Positions 55,897 to 64,000 of a DNA stretch of 64,000 nucleotides are shown piece after piece; the first letter of the stretch is position 1; each line of letters starts with the position of its first letter. The notes below the pieces were generated by a model, which worked only from the letters and a program-made list of their open reading frames with translations, was not told where the DNA came from and searched no databases. The stretch is taken from the NCBI GenBank assembly GCA_000165345.1, contig CM000434.1:768001-832000 (forward strand), in the 5' to 3' direction. Both the position numbers and the translations under genes were made by a program.

Positions 55897-56879
55897 TTGA
55901 AAGAACTTTGGAAATTTTATATAAACCCCCTTTTACCATTTATTTAATGTCAAAGTTGGTTATTTTATTTTTAATTATTTTTCTTCAAGTCTTGTTCACA
56001 TCTTTATTTTCAAAATTCACGCGCAAACTTGGCGCCATTTTCATATTAGCAAATCCAGTCAATTCGGGATTTTCTTGCGATATTATTAATAAATAAGTTA
56101 ATTAATATAAAAAATTTAATTAATTTCGAATTTGTTTCCCCTCACCAAGTTGACGATAAATTATTATAAATATTAATATTTGATTTTTTTATTAGTTTCG
56201 TTTAAATAATGTATTGTTTAATTTGAAAATGAATATATATTTAAATATATGTTTATTTATGTATATATTTATTATATGACATTAATTATATAATATATAT
56301 AATTTAAATATATATATATAATTAATGTATAAATATTACTATGTATATATTATTATATTAATATAAATTAATATTTATATAAAATATTATATATCTAATA
56401 TATACATATATATATTTAAATTATATTATTCCGTATATTGTACTTAATTAAATAAGGCTTCATATAACAAATTACCAGTGTTAAATCATATGTTATCAAA
56501 TAAACTTGTTTCTTTTTAATCTATTAGATGTTGGTTTCATATTAAATTTCCAATCTTTGTCTGCAATATTTAGCTCTTTTAGCTCTTGTCTTTTTATGAT
56601 TAATTAAGATGAAAAATAATTCAGAGTTCTCTACTTCTTTGCCTCCAAACTTGTAAATTCCTAGAAAAAAATCAAAAACTTCCAGGCAAATGCACTGAAA
56701 AGGATTTTTTTTCCTTAATAAAATTCTCAAATTATTGGAAGTTTCGCCGGTATAGGAAATTTTTGAAATTGCATGCATGTGGCATCATATGCAATGGTTG
56801 ATTTATCTGCTGAACTCATTAAAAAAAAAAAAAAAGAAAAATGAAAATGGGGTTGAAATTTCCAAATTTTTTAAATTAT

Positions 56880-58769
56880 TCACTGTAAATAGTGAAATAA
56901 AGGATATGTTTTAATTGTTGCTTGTAATGAATCAACACTTTGAATAATTTGGGAATTCTCTCCATGTAATCTATCAGAATTCTGCCACTTAACAGATAAC
57001 ATAGTTCCAGAAACAAGATGGTTAGATTCATTGATTGTTTGCATACTTATTTGTAAAGGAATTCCAAAATCTTGAATAACTCCAATCAACATAAGTTTAC
57101 TAGGAGTGTTAGCTGACATTAAATAACAATATAACCAGACCATATTTGATTCTTTATAGACTATTGCAACTCTTTGGAAAGTTGTACAAAAATTCAAAAT
57201 CGTTTTTTCACGATTTCTTGAATGAATTGGTAATTCTCTTAATCTGATTCCATTAGAAATCTGAGATTCAGAAACTGAAGAAACATTGATTGTTTTTGAT
57301 TTTTTAATTTCTTTTAATTCTTGATTAGTCAGCAAAGTCTCATAAATACTTTGATCATCTGCAAATAAAAAGCTTGATGAATCTTTATCAAGAAGATTAT
57401 CGACACACTCCACTTTTGGAATAAATGTTTTTGATCTTAATCCAAATTTATGACAAATTTGTATATTTTCCCAAGTAAATGTATCATATATTCTAAAATA
57501 TCCGCCCTCCCAAATTGTTCCAATTAATGAAAATATTCCTGAAACAGCAATGGAAACACAATCATGTGCTAAAGTAGGTCCTCTTGCAACAACATAGCCA
57601 TTATTAATAAACTTTTCAGAGTTTATATAATAACCCAATTTTTTTGAATCACTTGTAACAAAATAAGTGTAATTAAATTCTCTAATTGATGATCCATCTC
57701 CAATATATAACGATGATCCATCTTTTGACCATGAAATACTATTTAATTTAAAAAGATCAACAGAGTATATATAATTCCATTTTCCATTTAAATTTAAATT
57801 ATCACTTAATGATCTTAATCCTCCTCCATTAATTGGGTTTAATTGATTGATTCCTGTATTCCCATTACTTAATATAGAAGGTCTGTATTCCCATATTGAT
57901 ACATTATTTGAATAACCAATAGCTATAATATTTCCTATTGGCCTGATTGCAACAAACCGAATTCTTTTATTATTCTTTTCTGATTGAGATAAATTACATA
58001 TTATTCTATGTTCCCTTGTACTAGTACGTAATCCTTTGCATGTTCTAATAGTACTTTCTGATGGTCTTGAGTAAATACTTATCCCACATTTAGTATTATT
58101 AAAGCCATTAATAGGATGAACTATATTTAATGTACGAGGTATCCATGTAATTCCTTCTTCCTTTACCAACTTTTCTCTATAATCCTCATCTTTATTATCA
58201 AATTCCTTCTTTGGAGTAAGTTCAATACCCCAAATAAAGTAGAATATTATAGATATTATATATCTAATAGGCTCCAATATATATTTCCAATAATATGGAT
58301 ATATATATGCAATACTTGGAGTTTCTGATACTATATTTAACTCTGGGCCAGATAGCTCTGATTTATAAACAGAGTTAGGAATAACAATTCCTGTAATATC
58401 ATGTAGCATGGACAAAAATGATATATAAATAAAAAGAATAATTCTTCCAATTTTACCCCAATTATTGAAAAATACTGTATTGTCATCTTTTTCTTGTGTA
58501 CCTAAAAAACTTGTTCTAGTAACATTTTCTTGAATTTCTGCAATTTTTGAGTTTTGATTTGGATTTAGTTGAACATTCCATAGATGCTGCTCTGCAAATA
58601 CTTTTTCATTTCCAGATAATGGAACACCTCCTAAATCATTTGCAGACACAATTCTATATTCAGTTTCTAATATGGATTCTGTAACGATAGATTTACGTTC
58701 ACTCTCTAAATCTGAATTTTCAGGTCTAATATAACTGCTTGAGCACCAAATAACTTCTGAGCTCTCCAT
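56880..58769 (-). CDS. Hypothetical membrane protein with a predicted beta-propeller-like domain
   Basis: Two hydrophobic helices (IGRIILFIYISFLSMLHDITGIVI; ILEPIRYIISIIFYFIWGI) are followed by WD-like beta-strand repeats (IAIGYSNNVSIWEY, SISWSKDGSSLYIGDG, VSIAVSGIFSLIGTIWEGGYFRIYD). Confidence 0.45.
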   Translation of the reverse strand: MESSEVIWCSSSYIRPENSDLESERKSIVTESILETEYRIVSANDLGGVPLSGNEKVFAEQHLWNVQLNPNQNSKIAEIQENVTRTSFLGTQEKDDNTVFFNNWGKIGRIILFIYISFLSMLHDITGIVIPNSVYKSELSGPELNIVSETPSIAYIYPYYWKYILEPIRYIISIIFYFIWGIELTPKKEFDNKDEDYREKLVKEEGITWIPRTLNIVHPINGFNNTKCGISIYSRPSESTIRTCKGLRTSTREHRIICNLSQSEKNNKRIRFVAIRPIGNIIAIGYSNNVSIWEYRPSILSNGNTGINQLNPINGGGLRSLSDNLNLNGKWNYIYSVDLFKLNSISWSKDGSSLYIGDGSSIREFNYTYFVTSDSKKLGYYINSEKFINNGYVVARGPTLAHDCVSIAVSGIFSLIGTIWEGGYFRIYDTFTWENIQICHKFGLRSKTFIPKVECVDNLLDKDSSSFLFADDQSIYETLLTNQELKEIKKSKTINVSSVSESQISNGIRLRELPIHSRNREKTILNFCTTFQRVAIVYKESNMVWLYCYLMSANTPSKLMLIGVIQDFGIPLQISMQTINESNHLVSGTMLSVKWQNSDRLHGENSQIIQSVDSLQATIKTYPLFHYLQ

Positions 58770-59259
58770 CTTGATTAATTAATATATCCAATTTTAACTT
58801 TTGAAACCCAAATATTACTTTATTAATTATAAATGAAAAATGTTTTGAAGTTAACTTGAAAACAACAACACGCTGCAATATGTGAACAGTGCGTATTTCC
58901 AATTCTTTAAAACAATAATTATAATTTTGGGGCTTCTTTAAATTGAATTTATCCGTATTTATTACAAATTTATTTATCAATTTTTGGGCAAATTCTGGTA
59001 ATTAGTAGCTTTTTACATTAGAGTTGCGGGAGACTGCTTTTTTTCAATTAAATATTTTTAATTAAAAATAATATAAACGGCATTGTAAATAGAGAACGAA
59101 GAAGAAGATATAATAAAAAGGTTTCAGTTGATATTATAATATTACCAACAATAGCAGTATTTTGATATTTCAGCATTTATATTGCCCATTATTAATAAAC
59201 AAATAATCCATAATCTTTAAGTATTTAATTTTCAATTATATTCAAGCTTTAGTATTATT

Positions 59260-60171
59260 ATGGTAGTTTTTGACTCTTTTCCTCCTTTAACTCCAATTTC
59301 AGAAAATAAGAGCTTAGTAAAAAATTGCGATTCTTCAACTTTAAAAAAAGAGAATCCAGGAAATTTTAACATAATATCTGAAAATAAGGTATTGATTCGT
59401 AATGATGATAGACAATTTGAAGAATTGAGGCCAATTACAATTCGTACTGGAGTTATTGAAAATGCAGATGGTTCAGCCTATTTTTCAATAGGAAATACAA
59501 AGGTTTTATGCGGGATTTATGGACCAAACTTGTGCAAGCAAAACCCAATCGAAGATGGTTTATCAGTTTCAGTAGAATATACCATTGGAAGCTTTTGTAG
59601 AGATTCAGCTTTAGCAAAAAGCAAAGTGAATACTGAAAATATTGAGATAAAATCTGATGAAAAAATTAAATCAATTCTTCTTGAAAAAGTTATAAGCTCA
59701 GTTATATGCCATGAAAAGTATAAAAGAAGCAGTATTGACTGCTACTTTTACATTATAGACGATGATGGATCAGCATTTTCTGCAGCAATTTCAGCTGCTT
59801 GCCTATCTCTCTGCAATGCAAAAATTGAGATTATTGGACTCTTTTCAGCAACAAATATTATTGCTGTAAACTCAAATTCTTTATTTAATCATGATGGAAA
59901 AAAACAAACTGAAGATGAATACTCTATGATTTTGGATCCAACTTATAATGAAATTTCATACCTTGGAGCAAGCAATTATTCTACTCTTGAGATAGGTCTT
60001 TGTACAATTAGAAACCAAGTTGTATATTTATCAGCAAATGGTGACTTTTTTAAAGACCCAAAAAGAATTGAAGAAGGGTTTTCCCTTGCAGAAGCTTCCT
60101 GTAGTGCAATTGTTGATGAAATTAAAGACCACTTAACTTCAGAATTCAATACCAATTTCAATGAATCCTAA
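59260..60171 (+). CDS. Exosome complex RNase PH-like ring subunit (Rrp41/Rrp46/Mtr3 group)
   Basis: RNDDRQFEELRPITIRTGVIENADGSAYFSIGNTKVLCGIYGP matches the RNase PH domain 1 signature (R.DGR..EELR......G....ADGSA....GNTKVL..VYGP). Confidence 0.6.
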   Translation: MVVFDSFPPLTPISENKSLVKNCDSSTLKKENPGNFNIISENKVLIRNDDRQFEELRPITIRTGVIENADGSAYFSIGNTKVLCGIYGPNLCKQNPIEDGLSVSVEYTIGSFCRDSALAKSKVNTENIEIKSDEKIKSILLEKVISSVICHEKYKRSSIDCYFYIIDDDGSAFSAAISAACLSLCNAKIEIIGLFSATNIIAVNSNSLFNHDGKKQTEDEYSMILDPTYNEISYLGASNYSTLEIGLCTIRNQVVYLSANGDFFKDPKRIEEGFSLAEASCSAIVDEIKDHLTSEFNTNFNES

Positions 60172-60766
60172 TTTTCCTTAGTTTTTATAGCTTAAATTAT
60201 CATGAATTATCTTTCGTATATTATTAACTTAATATTTTTATTATTGCTGTTATTATTTTAAATTTAACACGTAATTAATAATTACATGTGGATGACCGGT
60301 ATATGCAAGTAAAAATAAAAATTGCATGCAAAAAACGGTATGTGGAAATATGAATGCATTGTAAATATGAGTAAAAATTAAAGTTACGTGTATTATTAAT
60401 TTAATTTTTTGAATATATTTAAAAAATCCTGATGATTGCGATTTTTTTTTGCTTTAAATTAATAGAACAAGTTAAAAGCAGGAATATCAAGTGAGTACAA
60501 AACAAAGTTTATATTTAGTTAAAATGAAAATCATAAATGGTAAAATCCAAAATTACAAAAACATTTTTTTCTCCGTAAAAATTAAAATAATAACATCAAT
60601 TTAATGATATGAAAAATCTTGTCAAATAAAAGTAAAAATGACATTAACCATATATAAAATATTACCGCTAAAAAAGCTTAATTAAAAGTTAATGCTATTT
60701 TTATGTTTTGAATTAAATAAAGATTAAAGATTTGAAAAGATTTCTCAAAATTGAAATATCAAATTC

Positions 60767-61887
60767 ATGGAGGGATCTAATAATGAAGTTCTAATTTCCC
60801 TTGGGATTGAGTCAAGCGCAAACAAGGTAGGAGTCGGAATAGTAACATCTAAAGGAGAAATCTTGGCAAATGAAAAAATGACATTTGTGGGACCACCTGT
60901 AAGTTTGAATGAAAATAATATTGAATAATCCTTATCTTTAACTTTAATTACTTTAATCAATTTTAGGGCTCTGGATTTTTACCCAGAGAAACTGCAGAAT
61001 TTCATAGAAATAATATATTGCATTTGGTTAAACAGGCTTTAGAAAAATCCGGAATAAATAAGAATTCAATAACAATTATTTCATTTACACAAGGACCAGG
61101 AATGGGTGCACCTTTAGCGGTTGGAGCTCTAGTTGCAAGAATGTTGAGCATGCTTTGGTCAAAACCTTTAATCGGAGTAAATCATTGCGTTGCTCACATA
61201 GAAATGGGAAGACTCGTAACTAAAGTTGAAAATCCTATAGTACTATATGCGTCAGGAGGAAACACTCAAATAATAGGTTATGCCAACAAAAGATACAAAA
61301 TTTTAGGTGAAACTTTGGATATTGCAATCGGGAACTGCATTGATAGATTTGCTAGAGTTATGAAACTTGACAATTATCCTGCAGCAGGATACCATATTGA
61401 ACAAATGGCAAAAAAAGGAAAGAATTTAATTTCACTTCCTTATGTTGTTAAAGGCATGGATTTATCATTTTCCGGAATTCTAACTTTTGGAGAAGAACTA
61501 ATAGCAGAGAAACAAAAAGAATTTAATAATGATGAACAAAAATTACAATCTTTTTATCAAGATTTCTGCTTTTCTTTGCAAGAGACCCTTTTTGCAATGT
61601 TAATTGAAGTTACAGAAAGAGCAATCAGTCTATTAAACTCAGATTCAATCTTACTAGTCGGAGGTGTTGGATGCAATTTAAGGTTGATTGAAATGATGGA
61701 ACAAATGGCAAAGGATAGAGGAGCTATTGTATGTAGCATGGATGATAGTTATTGCATTGATAACGGAGCAATGATTGCTCATACAGGATTATTAGCATAC
61801 CAAAAAAATTTCATCACAAAAGTGGAAGAGTCTGCAGTATCTCAAAGATTTAGAACTGATCAAGTTGAGATATTATGGAGAGAGTGA
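60767..61887 (+). CDS. KAE1: tRNA N6-adenosine threonylcarbamoyltransferase Kae1/OSGEP, 2 exons: 60767-60898 and 60967-61887
   Basis: Exon 1 (MEGSNNEVLISLGIESSANKVGVGIVTSKGEILANEKMTFVGPP) ends at a GTAAGT donor (60899). A 68-nt intron and a TTTTAG acceptor (60966) continue in phase 0 to GSGFLPRETAEFHR...SFTQGPGMGAPL...GVNHCVAHIEMGR. This is collinear with the Kae1 KEOPS subunit (compare VALGIEGSANKLGVG...PPGTGFLP...TKGPGMGAPL...GVNHCIGHIEMGR). Confidence 0.85.
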
Positions 61888-62027
61888 TTTTACTATATTT
61901 ACAAGGTGGCGCCAATTGTCAATTTTGATACATTAATTATTAATAGCGGATTTAAAAACACAAAATTCAAATGGAATAACAATAATGCAACATTCATTTA
62001 GTTTTTATTTGATTAAGGTCTATAGAA

Positions 62028-63647
62028 ATGAACAATTTATGTTGGAGATGCGAAATTAGAAAGACTTCATTCAATGTTGAAAGCTTTAAATTTGGTTCTG
62101 AACAAGCAATTTTAGCAAACTTATCATCAACTAATAACAAAGAAAAATGTCACAGCTGTAGAGATTTATTACTAATTGATAATAGATCAAAGTATTGTAT
62201 TTTGAAGATTCCAAATGAAGTTAAAAAAGTAAGGCGTAAACAATCTAATAAGTTTATGGCAGTTCAAAACACACAATCAGGAATAATTAACACTTATATT
62301 ATATATAAACAAGATGATATAAATGATGAGTTAAAACATCAATCAATTAAAGGGTACTTGGGTACAGTTTTTAATAATGCTTTAACTGCAGCAGTATCTA
62401 ATGACACTGGATTGAAAGTTAAAGAAGCAGGAATTTCCATTGAATTTACTCCAGAATTAAGGCTTAATTCTGATCAAGAGATGTGCTTTAGTTTAAAAAA
62501 TTGTCTAAGAAACTTATTATTAAGTCAAATAACTTCTGATGAAGGTATGAATACAAATTTGGATATTTCTCAGAATCAAATTCATACTTTAAAACTTAAC
62601 CAAAATAGTGAATTATATATCAACTTTGTTTTTTCAACAAAAATTCCAACGCATTTAGAACATGCTAATGGCTTTATGTTTTCTATGGTTGTTTCTTATA
62701 CATGGAATAATGTATACTTATTGGGCCGTTACATCAAATTTTCCAGAAGAATATCCCAATCAAAATGGGGATTTTCAGATGGCGATAAAAACAAAATAAC
62801 TGTTGATACCTCTATCGAGGAGATTCTTATTAATTCTTTGAAAGAATTAATAAATTTTGAGAAATTCACATTTTCTTCATCAGGTAGAGAAGATGTTGAT
62901 GTGAGAATGCTTGGAAATTATGCTAATACACTTTTTGACCGTGATCTTAATTTAAATGAAGACCGAAATTATGATCAGAGCAGAAATAATTGTCTCTCAA
63001 CAGAAGTCAAGATTAAACAATCAATAACTCCAGCTGGAAGGCCTTTTGCTATAGAAATTGGTAATATTTTAACCCATCATTATTTATTTTATCCAAAAAA
63101 CATTCAGGTTATGGACTTGAAAGAAAATTCCAAGTATTTTTCTAGAGAAAATTTCATACAACTACTTAAAGATACTATAATACAGAAATCTAATTCAAGA
63201 ATTGAAATATCAGCTTTAAATTTCTCAGATTCTTATTCGGTTCAAAAAATGAATAAGGAAGTTAATGATAGGCAAAAATCATACCGTTGTATTTGCTATA
63301 TATCTACTCCTATTTATATCCATGAATATCATGAAATTTCAGAGAAACTCAAATTTCCTATTACCCTTAATCAAAGAACTCCTGTTCGCGTTTTACATCG
63401 AAGGCCAAATATAAATAGAGATCGTAAAATATATGATCTCATGATTTCTCCAATTAATGATAACTACTTTATTTTGGACTTATTAGCACAAGCTGGTACA
63501 TATATCAAAGAGTTTGTAAATGGAGATCTTGGTAGAACTTCACCAAGTTTGGGAGACTTGATTCAAGAATCCTTACCTGGGAAATGTAATAACGAAGAAA
63601 AGCTAAATGTAATAATTGTTCAATTGGATGTATTGAATATTTATTAA
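62028..63647 (+). CDS. PUS10: tRNA pseudouridine synthase Pus10
   Basis: N-terminal Zn-ribbon CWRCE...CHSC. The C-terminal catalytic/THUMP region reads RTPVRVLHRRPNINRDRKIY...AGTYIKEFVNGDLGRTSPSLGDL (human PUS10: AGTYIKEFVHGDFGRTKPNIGSL). Confidence 0.75.
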   Translation: MNNLCWRCEIRKTSFNVESFKFGSEQAILANLSSTNNKEKCHSCRDLLLIDNRSKYCILKIPNEVKKVRRKQSNKFMAVQNTQSGIINTYIIYKQDDINDELKHQSIKGYLGTVFNNALTAAVSNDTGLKVKEAGISIEFTPELRLNSDQEMCFSLKNCLRNLLLSQITSDEGMNTNLDISQNQIHTLKLNQNSELYINFVFSTKIPTHLEHANGFMFSMVVSYTWNNVYLLGRYIKFSRRISQSKWGFSDGDKNKITVDTSIEEILINSLKELINFEKFTFSSSGREDVDVRMLGNYANTLFDRDLNLNEDRNYDQSRNNCLSTEVKIKQSITPAGRPFAIEIGNILTHHYLFYPKNIQVMDLKENSKYFSRENFIQLLKDTIIQKSNSRIEISALNFSDSYSVQKMNKEVNDRQKSYRCICYISTPIYIHEYHEISEKLKFPITLNQRTPVRVLHRRPNINRDRKIYDLMISPINDNYFILDLLAQAGTYIKEFVNGDLGRTSPSLGDLIQESLPGKCNNEEKLNVIIVQLDVLNIY

Positions 63648-64000
63648 TAATAGCATCCATTAATTATTCATCATCATATTAAAGTTATTTTAAATAAAAC
63701 GATTAACTTCAAATCTATCAATTATTGAACAAAGATTTCAATCTGAAATCTTCTAAATTAGTTCTTAATTGATTATTATTATCATTATTATTATTATTAT
63801 ATAAATAGTCTATTTTAATTATTTTACTACTTATTCTCAGTAATTGTATTTTACTGAGAGTCCACAGAATTTACTGCATTTTTTTTTTAATTACATTAAT
63901 ACAATATAACCAAGTCAATTAAGCTATGCACTATTCCTAATTGCAAGGAAGAAAATTATTAAGCTTACTTAATTGATGTTTTGTATGAATTGTCTATGAA

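Overview
This 64 kb window does not look prokaryotic. It reads as a gene-dense stretch of an AT-rich (about 70% AT) protist chromosome, and most features point to Cryptosporidium (C. parvum/hominis-like). The reasons are: long single-exon ORFs on both strands with 0.2-1 kb intergenic spacers; a minority of genes interrupted by short introns (about 60-420 nt) with near-invariant GTAAGT/GTATGT donors and pyrimidine-rich ...AG acceptors; and intergenic regions carrying palindromic E2F/DP-type sites (TTTGGCGCCAAA / TTTCCCGCC variants) and GCATGC(A) boxes, both described as over-represented Cryptosporidium upstream motifs. I support about 27 protein-coding genes, almost all conserved eukaryotic housekeeping genes: the Pol III largest subunit, CWC24/RNF113, the VTC4 polyphosphate polymerase, RPL32, WDR12/Ytm1, eRF1, PI4-kinase III-alpha, a CAMK-like kinase, a gamma-tubulin complex protein, eIF2B-epsilon, EBP2, an IST3/RBMX2-like RRM protein, an importin-beta family receptor, an exosome RNase-PH subunit, Kae1 and Pus10. 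There is also a Thr-rich mucin-like repeat protein and several hypothetical proteins. The supplied ORF track comes from a bacterial-style ORF caller that uses TTG/GTG starts and has no intron model. I corrected several starts and joined ORF fragments into spliced genes where donor, acceptor and reading phase agree (7285-8693, 15609-16681, 39253-40102, 48865-49759 and 60767-61887, plus candidate extra exons at 13857-15457 and 46187-47278). I found no rRNA or tRNA genes, CRISPR arrays, transposons, or prokaryote-style defence or biosynthetic systems. The most interesting signals are four. First, a strongly over-represented GC-containing 8-10-mer, CCGGTATA(GG), sits in many promoters here, including a triple and partly palindromic cluster at 38436-38492. 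Second, several introns and exons are probably missed by the ORF track. Third, the IST3/RBMX2 homologue has a frameshift at a T6 run. Fourth, the mucin-like gene contains VNTR-like minisatellites. Intron coordinates are hand-derived and may be off by 1-2 nt.
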